Origin: Somniosus microcephalus
Lineage: Eukaryota
Direction of reading: 5' to 3'
Length of the DNA: 64,000 bases
Assembly: GCA_052327205.1 (NCBI GenBank)
Contig: CM126232.1
Location: 13,206,001 to 13,270,000 of the forward strand
Under the pieces are notes generated by a model. The model made no database searches. It saw only the letters and a list, made by a program, of their open reading frames with translations, and had not been told where the DNA came from. The position numbers and the translations under genes are program-made. Numbering within the stretch: the first letter of the stretch is position 1; every line of letters starts with the position of its first letter. This document shows positions 34,705 to 46,381 of this stretch, piece after piece.

Positions 34705-34917
34705 TGTTAGATCCGTGATTCTGAGAGTATGATGTTTTTCAATAACCACACGGATGCTGTAACTTAACAATCAACAGGTATTTACTGGAGTAGGGTAGTC
34801 TCAAGACTGGGGGTACAGAGGCATGCTCAAGGCTTATATACAGGTGTGGTCACTGCCGGTACTACAGTATACAGGAGCTGTAAAAGTAGTTCTCTCTTAA
34901 AAGGTACATACACTACA
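34705..34917 (-). mobile_element. Solo LTR related to the two Gypsy elements
   Basis: TG...CA termini and TSD GCGCC/GCACC. Shares tataca-ggtgtggtcactgccggtactacagt and aaaggtacatacac with the Gypsy LTRs. Confidence 0.85.
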
Positions 34918-35185
34918 GCACCAGTTTAGTGTCTGCCTCTGCTTCCAACTCTCTAGAATTTCCAAAAGGAGGAGACAGCTTGAATTGCAGATAAAGCCAA
35001 ATCCACTGCAGGCTCAGTGGGGAGCAGCTCGCTCTCTCGCCTCAGAGTCAGAAGGTTGTGGGTTCAAGACCCACTCCAGAGACTCGAGCACAAAAATCCA
35101 GGCAGACACGCCCAGTAGTGCTGAGGGAGCGCCGCACTGTCCTTCCGGTGAGGCGCTAAACCGCGAGGACTGTAAAAGTCAACAA

Positions 35186-35662
35186 GAGTTCAACAATTTC
35201 AGATCATAACCTCAGCCCCTATCACACACGCGCACACACAATAAATATATATATATTTTTTTTTATCCACTTTGTCTTTTTCTCTTCTCCCCCACATGGC
35301 AGCTGTCTTTCATTCTGCCAGCGCAATTTACACTTCATCCAGAGCCATCCTTTGTTTCTTAACCTGTCCCATTACCACCTCCTCTCGCCTTGAATATCTC
35401 TTAATGTCTCTTAACCTCTTCCGCCTTCCATCCCATCACAGACCTTCCCTTTTGTTCTCTCATCCCCTCCCCCATTTCCCAGCCTCTTCACTTGCTTAAA
35501 AATCTGTTCCATTTCCTGCTTTTTTCCAGTTCTGACGAACGATCATTGACCTGAAACGTTAACTCTGTTTCTCTCTTCACAGATGCTGCTCTGACCTGCT
35601 GAGTGTCTCCAGCATTTTCTGTTTTTATTTCAGATTTCCAGCATCTGCAGTATTTTCTTTTT
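35186..35662 (+). mobile_element. Penelope 3' end (ORF end EFNNFRS*, 3' UTR, pLTR with degenerate hammerhead)
   Basis: gagttcaacaatttcagatcataa, then agtt CTGACGA...GAAAC GTT aact at ~35528-35564. Confidence 0.75.
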
Positions 35663-35924
35663 GTGAAACGGATCAATTGGTCATGTGTCTGTTGTGTGGG
35701 ACCTCAATGCGTACAAAATGTCTGCCATGAATGCTCCCCTAACAGTGGCTGTACTTCCAAAACTAACTCAATCAGCTGTAAGGAGTTTGGGACATCTTGG
35801 AGGTGAAAGGCGCTATGTAAATGCAAGTTAGTCCTTTTAAACACATTTTGCAAGCTAAACTTTTTTCTCAATTAAAAAAATATAAACTCAGGGCATAGCA
35901 AAGTATGGTTCATACTGAAGAAGA

Positions 35925-37230
35925 CTACGACAAAATACAAGACGATGTTAATAAACCTGCAGTATGGGCGTGTAAATGGCAAATGAATTTCAATATAGAC
36001 GATTGTGTGGTGGCACATTTTTGGTAGGAGGAATGAGGAGGCCACATATTCCTTGGAAAATAGGAATCTAAATGGGGTAGAGGAGCAAAGGGATCTAGGG
36101 GTACACATTCACAAATCATTAAAAGTAGCAACACAAGTTAACAAGGCCATAAAAATGCAAACAAAGCACTGGGGTGCATTTCTAGAGGAATAGAATTGAA
36201 AAGCAGAGAGGTTATGTTAAAACTTGTATCGAACCTTGGTTTGACCGCACTTGGAATATTGTGCAGTTCTGGTCTCCATATCACAAAAAAGGACATAGAG
36301 GCATTGGAGAAGGTGCAAAAAATGTTTACAAGGATGATACCAGAACTGAGAGGTTATAAATAGATCAGGAACAGGCTGGGGCTCTAGTCTGGAAAAAAAG
36401 GTTGAGGGGTGACCTAATAGAGGGGTCTTTAAGATTATGTATGGGATTAATAGAGTGGGCGTAGAGAAGATGTTCCCACTTCCTGGAGAGTCCACAACTA
36501 AGGGCTATAAATACAAGATAAACACTAATAAATCCAATAGGGAATTCAGGAGAAGCCTTTTTACCCAGAGAGTGAGACTCGCTACCACAAGGAATAGTTG
36601 AGGCAAATAGCATAGATGCCTTTAAGGGGAGGCTAGATAAACATGAGGGATATGCTGATAGGGCGAGATGAAGTAGTGTGGGAGGGCGAGATGAAGTAGT
36701 GTGGGAGGAGAAATAACAACAGAAAATGCTGGAAAAACTCAGCAGGCCAGGCAACATCCGTGGAGAGAAAATAGAGTCAACGTTTCGGGTCAAAACCCTT
36801 TGTCAAGACTGAAGGCCAGGCTGGGAGAGAACGAGAGAGAAGTGAAGAGACATTAAGAGGTATTCAAAACGAGACGAGATGGTGAAACTGAAAGTAATGA
36901 AGATGAACAAGGTTGAAGAGCCAAACGGAGATCCCGTCGAAGAGAAGAGCAGAACTTCTTCAAGGTAGGCATTCCTAGAAGAGGTGCGGCAGTGAACCAA
37001 ACACTAGTACGATAGCAAAATACTGCAGATGCTGGAAATCAGAAATAACAACAGAAAATGCTAGAAAAACTCAGCAGGCTAGGCAACATCCGTGGAGAGA
37101 AAAATAGAGTCAACGTTTCGGGTCAAACCCTTTGTCAAGTGTGGGAGGAGGCTCGTGGGAGGAGCATAAACGCCAGCATTGACTAATTGGGCCGAATGGC
37201 CTGTTTGTGCTGTAAATTCAACGCAATTCT
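35925..37230 (+). mobile_element. CR1 LINE 3' part, tail interrupted by a mini-Penelope
   Basis: EEQRDLGVHIHKSLKVATQV and LYRTLV. The tail resumes at 37138. Confidence 0.85.
36711..37137 (-). mobile_element. Internally deleted mini-Penelope with two tandem pLTR/hammerhead copies
   Basis: 13-bp TSD agtgtgggaggag (36698-36710, 37138-37150). Direct repeats 333 bp apart. A short ORF MPTLKKFCSSLRRDLRL... starts at 36972 and is fused to Penelope 3' UTR sequence. Confidence 0.75.
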
Positions 37231-37260
37231 ATATAACAATGGAAGTAGGAAGAGACTCAC

Positions 37261-37993
37261 TCAGAATGATGACCACAGTCTTCATGAGGCTCATCATGGT
37301 CTCCTTGTGTCGGTGTTGGAAGGTGGTGTGCTGGGACATCCTCTGTGTCTTGTGTTTGACGTAGCAGAAGATGTGCATGTAGACGACCAGCATGACGCAG
37401 AAGATAACCAGGTTGGAGACAGCCCAGAAGATCAGGTAGCTCTGGCTGTAGAGCGGGGCCATCCGCGAGCAGCTGGCCAGGTCGCACACACAGTTCCAGC
37501 CCATGTTGGGGATGAGGCCCATCAAGATGGCCGTGGCCCAGATGCAGACGATGAGGATGATCACGCGCTGGTTGCTCATCTTGCTGTGCAGCTGCATCTG
37601 GAAGACCGTCTGGTGGCGCTCCACCGCGATAGCCAGGAGGTTGGCGACTGAGGCGGTCAGGCTGGTGTCGATGAGGCCCTGCCGTATGAACCAGGTCTGC
37701 ACGGTGAGCTGCGCGGTGCGTGGACCGGTGTGGAACATGAGGTACATGTAGGCGATGCCAGAGAAGAGGTCCGCGGCGGCTAGGTTGGCCAGCAGGTAGT
37801 AGATGGGGTAGTGGAAGCGGCGGTTGATGGCGATGGCCGTGATGACCAGGATGTTGGCCAGGATGACTATCAGGCACACCAAGAGGCCCAGGGAGACCAC
37901 CAGCTTGTCCTTAGTCCGCCAGATCTTGCTCAGTTCTTTGCCAGTGCTGTTGTAGAAGAATGAGACAGTGTTGTTGTAGTAGCAGTCCCCCAT
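37261..37993 (-). CDS. LPAR2: LPAR2 main coding exon (N-terminus to mid-TM6); exon spans 37261-38032
   Basis: MGDCYYNNTVSFFYNSTGKELS...NRRFHYPIYYLLANLAAADLF...FHTGPRTA...AVERH...CSRMAPLYS...KTVVIIL, closely matching human LPA2. Acceptor tttttatcggcag| at 38033, donor |gtgagt at 37260, phase 1. Confidence 0.95.
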
Positions 37994-38342
37994 AGTGTGT
38001 CCCTCTCTCTCTCGGCCGATCTCAGCTTGCACCTGCCGATAAAAACAACATCAAATCCAACCGAGCCACCATTGCATTGTCCACACTTAGACTGGTTTAT
38101 GATGGATCATTTCTAAACCATCTTGTTTCTCTTTCTTCCGACTGCCCCAGCCATCAATTTCCTCCCCTCCTCTCATTCTACATCCCTCAACCAATATATT
38201 AAAAAATGATCTGGTCTCATTACTGTTTGTGGGAGCTTGTTGTGCACAAATTGGCTGACACGTTTCCCTACAGTGCAAAGTATTTAATTGGCTGTGAAGT
38301 GCTTTGGGATATTCTGAAGTCATGAAAGGTGCTGTAGAAATC

Positions 38343-38773
38343 TTCCGATTAGGCACTTTGCAGCCTTCCGGACTCAATATCGAGTTCAACAATTTCAGAT
38401 CATAACCTCGGCCCCTATTACATTTTTACTTATATTTTTTTCCCCCACCCCTTTGTTTTGGGTTTTCCCTCCCCCACCACCCCCCTTTCCTTTTTTTTCT
38501 CTCTCCCACATGGCAGCTGTCTCTCATCCTGCCAGTACACTTCACACCTAACCTGAGCCGTCTTTTGTCTCCACTGTCATATTACCATCTCGTCTGGTTT
38601 TGAATACCTCTTAATGTCTCTTTACTTCTTTTGTTCTATCGCAGCCCTGCCTTCGATCTATTTCATTTCCTTTCCAGTTTTGAAAAAGGGTTTGACCCGA
38701 AACGTCGACTCTAATTTCTCTCCACGGATGTTGCCTGGCCTGCTGAGTTTTTCCAGCATTTTCTGTTGTTATT
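38343..38773 (+). mobile_element. Penelope 3' end (GIY-YIG C-terminus and pLTR)
   Basis: FRLGTLQPSGLNIEFNNFRS* is typical of Penelope endonuclease ends. Degenerate hammerhead at ~38676-38710. Confidence 0.8.
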
Positions 38774-41029
38774 ACAGAAATAAGAGTTCTTTCTTTCAGG
38801 CACCCTTACTGAGATACATTCCTTGGGAGTCACCACCCAGCCTAACCCACGTGACAGCAAGTGTGGATAAGCTAGTCTGGAACAAGGGGCAGTCTCACCC
38901 AACATCCACACATACGCACTCTCCCGGGGGGGCATGGGAGCATGGCAGGGCAGCCGCTCAGGAGCAGGAACCTCAGCCGATTTTCCAGGAATGCAGAGGA
39001 CACCCTTAGGTCACAGTCTTCCCATCCGCGACCAGCTAACGCCAGACAGGCCAAGGATCAAACCGGGGGCCTTCCTGGTTTCTACGGAAACCAAATAATT
39101 GCTCAACTATTTCAGTAGGCCTCAGTCACATTTTGATGTGCGAAATCACGTCTCGAGTATTCAACAATATTCCATTTTAGACTGCATCCACCTCCCACCC
39201 CCACCCTAACATTGAACCGAAAACAATCCAAGCAAGAGGAACACTCCGTCACCACCAACGTTCTCCCGTAATTGCCCCCTCTGGGCCACACCCTTCTGTG
39301 GCGTAAAAGGGCCCAGGTGTTTGACAGGAATGAAAGAATTCTGGACATGAACTCCCAACGTATTCAAACAGACACACCGCACCACCAACCCCCCTCGGGG
39401 CTTGCACCCCACACCCTGCCACCCCCCCCCCACCCCAGGACTTGTGTCCGCCCCCCAACGCCCCCACCGCTCCCTCAGGTCTTGCACCACAACACAAGGG
39501 GAGCAGAACATGTCCCGAGTTCCAGAGGTGGTCAGGAAATGCCACCCAAAATGGAGGGCTGCGTTGCCACGTCACCGAGTCCTCACATTTCCCCCCATGG
39601 TGTCCCGCATCCCAAACCCCACCCCGGTGTCCTGCATCCCCTCTCCCTCTCCCTCCCCCTCGATGTCTAGAGGGCAGGAGAGGTCCTTACCAAAGAGGAT
39701 TTCCAAACACCCAGAGGATCGTCTCAGCGCCACATCAGGAACGATATTAATTCGCCACGAATCACCTGCTCCCTTTAAACTCCCGGCCCTCTCCAATGTG
39801 GAGATGGTTTGATTTTTCATACTTTACCCAACAAAAAAAATACCAGACACGAGAGCGAGACAGAGAAGAGCAAATGAGAGAGTGAAAGCATGAGAGAGAG
39901 AGGAAAAAAAAGCGAGAGAGGAGAAAGTGAAAGCAAAGAGGGGGAAAGAAAAGGTAGAGAGAAAAGAAAGGAGAGTGAGGAGGGGAAGAGAGACAAGGGA
40001 GTGAGGGGAAAGTGACAGAGGAAAGACTTATATAACACAAGAAAGAAACTTTAAAAGATTCCCATTTATGCAGCACTTTTCACAAGCTCAGATCGTCCCA
40101 AAGCACTTTAGTCACTTCTGACGTGTAGTCTCTGTTTTTAAGAGACACGAATGGTTTATACACATCACCTCTCTCAAACATCCCATAATGCTCCACATTG
40201 AACGAGTTGCTTTGTGCAGTTAGTTATTGGAGGAAAGATATAAAACGTCCAAACATCACAGCCAGTCAGTGCAATCACGCTCACATCAAGCCTCTCGTTT
40301 CACCTGCAGCGACCCTTGAACCCTCACCGGTTACAGGCAGCCCCTGGGAGGAGTGTTCTGGGCTCAGGATGGGACACGCACAGGAGGAAGCCGCGGAACT
40401 CGAGGGGGGGGGGGGTTGTCGCGGCCACTGCACGCACAACCCAACGGAATCAGCAGCGGGCACCATCTTCACCGTCCGCCCCCCTCCCCAACATAACTGA
40501 AGCCCAGACAGGACAGAGGACAGAGAGAGTGCCCTGATCGGACCACAGCCCTCGGCTTCACTCGCGGTGGGACTCCAGCGTGACTTTCAGTTTTGACACA
40601 CGTGCGGCCGTGACATCCTTTGTCCTCACCCAACCCACTCCCACCCACCCTGCCTGCTCCTTCATAACCATTGGTCAGAATTGCCAGCGATACGTCGACG
40701 GGTCCTTGTACCTGAAAGACTACACTTGGTTGGACAGGGCTGGTCGCAAAGAATGACAACCACGACTGAAGCACTGGCACGTTGGCCTTTATCTCAAGGG
40801 GGGGATTACAAAAGTGAGGAAGTGATGCTTCAGTTGTATATAGCCTCGGTCAGACCCCATCTGGAGCACTGCTTTCCGTTCTGGGCACCGCACCGCAGGA
40901 AGGGTTTATTGTCCTTGGAGAAGAGGAGCCATTCGTAGAGCATCTTTGTCTACAGCATCACTGCCTAGCCAGGATCCAAATAATACTGAGCAGTTCCAGC
41001 AGGAGGGGCCTCACATGCCTGTAAATCTA

Positions 41030-41400
41030 AAAAGTTGCTCCTCTTTTTTAAATCCCTTCGTGGCCTCACACCCACCTCCCCTCCCTGCTACCTCAAACCT
41101 CCGACAACCCTAACCCATCTCTGACTCTGGCCTCATTCATCCCCGACTTACTGCGCCCGTCCATTGGCAGCCGTGCCTTCAGCCGTCTAGGCCCCAAGCT
41201 CTGGAATTCCCTCCCCAAACCACTCATTTCCACCTCCCTCCTTCCAACCCACTTCTTCAACCAAATGTCCGGTCACTTGTCCTCAAGCTCCTTCTATAGC
41301 TGGACCTCCGGTTTCATTTTAATTAGGTTAGTCACGTGCTGAAACGCATCCCGTTACATTTTTCTACACTAAAAGGTTGCTGTATAAACTACAAATTGTT
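41030..41400 (+). mobile_element. Degraded L2 3' fragment
   Basis: ccattggcagccgtgccttcagccgtctaggccccaagctctggaattccctccc. Confidence 0.7.
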
Positions 41401-41846
41401 GCAAGACCCCCCCTTCCCTCCCAAACCCCAGACAATAAAAATCCCTCCGTTCACTGCCTCGACTTCGCAGGCTGACGAGGGGGGGGGGGCCACGTTCTCC
41501 AGTTATACACAAACCCCTCTGTCGTCGCACGGGGCAATCAGATACCGGGAGGGAAAGTCCGGCCTACGACTCCACGCTAACACGTGCGGCGTTCTAGCCG
41601 CGCCGTGGACAGGCGAGGAGGGCTGTGACTTCTATCGGCGTGCTTTACGCTCTCCGGTGAAGCAAGTTGCCGTGGTGACACCGCAAAAGTCCTCAACTGG
41701 TTGCGAAGCACTTTGGTGCGGCCTGAGGTTGTGAAAGGCGCTATATAAATGCAAGTTCTTCCTTCCTTTGTCCTCACCCAACATCTACACACTGAGTGGA
41801 TGAGCATCATGAGACCCAACTCAGATCTTCATCTCCCTCCCGTCCG

Positions 41847-42193
41847 AAGGTTGCCAACTCTGATTGGATGTGCTTCATCACGACACCCCAGCCACCCTGC
41901 GGCCACCATTGGTCGCCCGCCACGTGCATCCTTGCGACGCCACGGCAACCCACGGCCAATTGGAAAGCAAAGAGCCTCCTCGTTATCCGATTGGATGATT
42001 CATGATCGTCAGTCAAACAGCCTTTTCCCATCTGCAACACTTTTATAACTAAAACAAAAAAGTGTTCAAAAAAACGAGAAACACAATTTGTTTAATGCCC
42101 TGTGATTTTTCTCCGGGATTGCTCACAGCAGTGTCCCGATTAATCTTCACCGCCTGGAGACTCCAGGCCAATCCTGGAAGGTTGGTAAACCTA
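41847..42193. mobile_element. hAT-like MITE (degenerate)
   Basis: Imperfect TIRs aggttgccaac...gttggtaaaccta of the TAGGGTTGCCAAC type. TSD not evident. Confidence 0.55.
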
Positions 42194-43305
42194 TCCCCAA
42201 GTCAGTCATCGCCCCGACAACGAACCTTGGACGACTTCGGCCGCATGGCTCGGAGGTGGGCCCATTACCCCCTCAGCCGTCTGGACAGTGACCCGGACAC
42301 ACAGTCACAGACACAGGGTGCTGTATCGGACTCAGACGCAGTCTAAACGCAGCGCGCCCAGGAGTAAACATCACGTTATTGACTGCCCGCTTCTGGTCAG
42401 CCTCTCCGAGACACAGAGCGAGCTCTTGTGAGCCGCGCAAATAAAACCAAGAGAAGCCGAAACTGGGCCAAGGGCCTTTGGGACAGTCACAACAAGGGAA
42501 GTCTGAACACAGCTCAGACTGAGGGAGAGGCGCAAACTTCTGGCCACATAAATAAGGAGCTCCGATTAAAACCAGCCTTGTTCGGAGCTGGGGTTAGAGG
42601 GTCCCCCTGGGAGCAGCCCGGCCAACTCCTAAACACTGGGGGCCTTTGTTAGTTTGGAGCTCTGGCTGGTGAGCTCACAGCTGCCCCCGGGAGTGCCCGC
42701 TCCAAGGTCCAACAAGTGGACACCAAAAATAAAACCCCAGGCACCGGCCAGGCCAGCCCGTTAACCCACACTCAGGAGGACCCCTGCCCAACTCTGCTTC
42801 CCCGTTCCACACCCGCCCCCCCCCCGCCCCACAAATCAGGTGGTGGGGAGGGGAGGGGGGTCTGACCTTCGGAGGTCTGCGGGCCCTGCTGGCAGTTGCC
42901 CCCACCCCCCCACCTCGCTTGGCCACCCATGCAGCTTGGGTGAGACATGCAGTGAAACGGATTCAGTTTGACTGCTCACCCCAGGTTCATTGTTCCTCTT
43001 TCAGGCTCGCACGCAGGGCTTGCCCACACTTCACAGCTCAGAGTGAGGGAGAGAGACACACACACACACAGATAGAGAACTCGCTTCCGCAAACGGCAAT
43101 TGATGCTGGATCAATTGTTAATGTTAAATCTGAGATTGATAGATTTCTGTTAACCAAAGGTATTAAAGGATATGGGGCAAAGGTGGGTATATGGAGTTAG
43201 ATCACAGATCAGACATGATCTCATTGAATCAGGCTCGAGGGGCAGAATGGCCCACTCCTGTTCCTATGACAGAGAGAGGCACAGAGACGGAGAACGAGAA
43301 AAGTG

Positions 43306-43380
43306 AGCGAGCGCGCGAACAGGGGGAGCGAGCGCGCGAACAGGGGGAGCGAGCGCGCGAACAGGGGGAGCGAGCGCGAG
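43306..43380. repeat. 21-bp tandem repeat (~3.5 units)
   Basis: gagcgagcgcgcgaacagggg. Confidence 0.9.
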
Positions 43381-45028
43381 TGAGAAAAGGGTGGTGAGAG
43401 AGAGAGGATAGAAAGATAAAAAGAGTGTGCCAGTGTAACTGGTTCATTTAATCTCTTCAGACTGTCAGTGGACTGAGGCTCTGACACGATGTCCTGACAG
43501 CTGAACAAGTTTAAACAACATTGTTCTAAACCTCGAGTCAGGAATGCGATCAGATGTTAAGATTTACTCACAAACCTGCTGCAAACTCTGTTCAGGCAAA
43601 CGCTCAGTTAGACCTCGCAACAGGCGACAGAGAGAAACTCAACTCTCAACCCTGGAGGGAATCACTTTACAAGCTGCTCAGCAGGGAACATCCCAGTGGA
43701 ATACTACCCATCCCCACATCCAACCTCGGCCAACCAGCTGGAAATAAAGTGGAGGCATGGGGGGGGTGGGGGGGGAGAGAGAACGGGAAGAGGGGGGGGG
43801 AAGAGAACGGGAAGAGCCCCCTCTGTTCTGGGGCCACGAATGACGACTGAGGTCACTGGATGGGACTCACGGGCACAACTGCTAAGAAACATGTGCGCGC
43901 GTACACACACACACAACCTGCTCTCCACTCCCCCGCCTAGCTCTTCGCTCTATCCCCTCTGCGCTACCTTCAGCTGTTGTTGCGTTGCCCCGTTTCCCAG
44001 GCCCCGCGGGCAGGAGTCAGGGCTCCGACAATAGAGCAGGGCCAGTGATCGATCAGCCTCCGCAGGACGAGTACTCAAGAGTTACTGGGGGAGGGGAGCG
44101 GATAACCGAGAGCAGTTAATTCTACACATTGGAGAAGTAGCGGGTCAGAGGGCAGCCATCCAGATTCAGACGCTGCTGAACTGAGAACAGCGTTGCCATG
44201 GTTTCTAACCATTTGAAGGAATTACTCCCGAAACCACTCCCGTGCTGATAATTTCTGTTACGCCAGTGCTACAGCGATTTACGCGGGGGTGGGGGGGGGG
44301 GGGGGGGGGGGAGGAAACACCAGGATTCCAGAGCTCTTCAATGTTGTGATGACGACTCTTTAATTCCATCACCTCACACAGACTGCTCCCCCCACCAGCG
44401 CTAGACCAGCCATCAGCTGTCCTTGGCCCAGACGTTACACTCAGAATACGCTCTAGGACCCAGCCCAGGGTTGATTGGACATAGTTCTAGATACCAAGGG
44501 ATGAGGGACAATAGGGAGGTCCATCTCCAGCTCAGCCACCCACCCAACCCTGGTCACCTCATCACAGCTCCGTGTGTTTAATTGATTCCAGCGATTTTAA
44601 CTCCACCACCCTACCAGACGTCCATTCCATTCTGCGCATGAAGAATCTCTTGACCGATCAGTCACAATCCATAAGAACATAAGAAATAGGAGCAGGAGTA
44701 GGCCAATCGGCCCCTCGAGCCTGCTCCGCCATTCAATAAGATCATGGCTGATCTGATCCTAACCGCCAATCCACTATCACTGAACCATCTCCTGAATCTA
44801 ACAGAATTAGACACACGAAATAGGAGCAGGATCAGGCTACACGGCCCCTGGGCCCGCTCCGCTACCCACAGGGCCATGACCGATCCGAACCTAGACTCAT
44901 GTCCAAATTCCTGCCCGCTCCCCGTAACCCTTAATTCCCTTTACTTCTAGGAAACTGTCTATTTCTGTTTTAAATTTATGTAATGATTTCTGTTTTAAAT
45001 TTATCCAACCCCGTCAAACCTATAGCAG

Positions 45029-45083
<55 letters not shown>

Positions 45084-45550
45084 GTTCCAGACCCACCCAC
45101 CCCCTTTTACACCATCTGTCACCGCATTTATCTCCGCCAGATCCCTCCTCGGTCATCTCGCCTCCCTCCTCCAACCTGCCCCCCCACCCCAAAACTCAGC
45201 CCCCTCCAACGCTAGGGGTCAGCCCCATGGCTCCTGTCCAGACAGCCTGCAAGACCCAAACTTCACCTCTGCACCCCAGTTCGTTCAGTGAAGCACCTTT
45301 CCACACAAAGGGTACTGGAAATCTGGAACACTCCCCCCCCCCCCCCCCAAATGGCCGAGGATGCTGGAGGTCAACTGAAACTTGCAAAGTTGAAATCGGT
45401 AGATTTTTGTTGGGTAAAGGCATCAAGGTATACGGATTAAAGCCGGGTAAATGGAGTGGAGATACAGATCAGCAATGATCTAACTGAGTGGTGGAACAGG
45501 CTCGATGGGCTGAATGGCCTCCTCCTGGTCCTATGTTACATAGAAACATA

Positions 45551-46378
45551 GGGGTAGATTTTCCTGGAGCCGTCAGGCGGGTTTTCAGGTGTGGTGGGGG
45601 GGGGGGGGGGGGAAATCCCAAATTCGGGGGTCCCGACACCATCCCACCCAAAACCCGCCTCCACGCAAGTTTCACAGGAGGCGGGTACCCGCCCCGCACT
45701 GGGACCCACCGAAACCAGGCGGGAAGGGATTAGTGCCAATTAACTGCCTGTTAACAGGCAGTTTTTAGCCTAATCCCTATTTTGAGGGGTGTCGTGTGGG
45801 ATTCCCGACGGCTCCAAACCACGCCAGGTTAGAGCAGGCGGGCCGTCGGGTTGAAGGACTTGGAGGGGTCGAGATGTCGGTGTTCAGGTGAGTGATGGGT
45901 GAATGAGTGCAAAGGTAAGCGTGTTTGGTGTGTCTAAAGTGTGTAAAGAAGTTTAAATTACCTGTACTTACCTTAACAGCCTTTCTTCCTCTAGGTGTCG
46001 GGAGTCCATCACTCAGCCGGCACTGAAAGCTGAATGGCTGCGATCTGTCAAAAGTGACAGCCTTCAGCTTTCAGTGCCGGTGAGAGTTCTAACTGAGTCT
46101 GCGTAGAAGGACTCAGGTTAGAAGTCAGACTGTCAGTGTTTGACAGCTTCAAACAGCTGTGAAACACTGATATTTCATCTGTCAAGAACTCTTGACAGAT
46201 GAAATTTCAGTCTGTGACGTCACCTGTTGTCGGGTGGCCCTTAATTGACCTGCTAAGCCCGCTGGGCGGGCTCAACAAGGTCAATCAAAAGAAAATCGCG
46301 CGGATTGGCCGGACGTCGATGTAGGCGGGACTAAAACCCGAAAGTTGTAGTCCCGCCTCCTTCAGGAAAATCTACCCC
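45551..46378. mobile_element. Non-autonomous DNA transposon, PIF/Harbinger-like
   Basis: Perfect 16-bp TIRs GGGGTAGATTTTCCTG / CAGGAAAATCTACCCC and 3-bp TSD ATA. Inserted in a CR1 tail repeat (catagaaacATA|...|ATAgaatatagg). Confidence 0.8.
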
Positions 46379-46381
46379 ATA

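Noticed and set aside
37229-38032. 267-aa single-exon GPCR as in the ORF track
   Set aside because: It starts at a GTG at the splice acceptor and reads through the donor at 37260. The real CDS part is 37261-37993.
36712-38773. Inversion of the LPAR2 exon between the flanking pLTRs as the cause of the strand discordance
   Set aside because: Flipping only this exon would still leave the last exon upstream of it.
40640-40715. Upstream LPAR2 coding exon with ATG GTT ATG
   Set aside because: An acceptor exists, but the available donor would join out of frame with MGDCYY. At most a UTR exon, unsupported.
41860-41995. CCAAT-box cluster as the LPAR2 promoter
   Set aside because: It lies inside a hAT-like MITE, with no independent promoter evidence.
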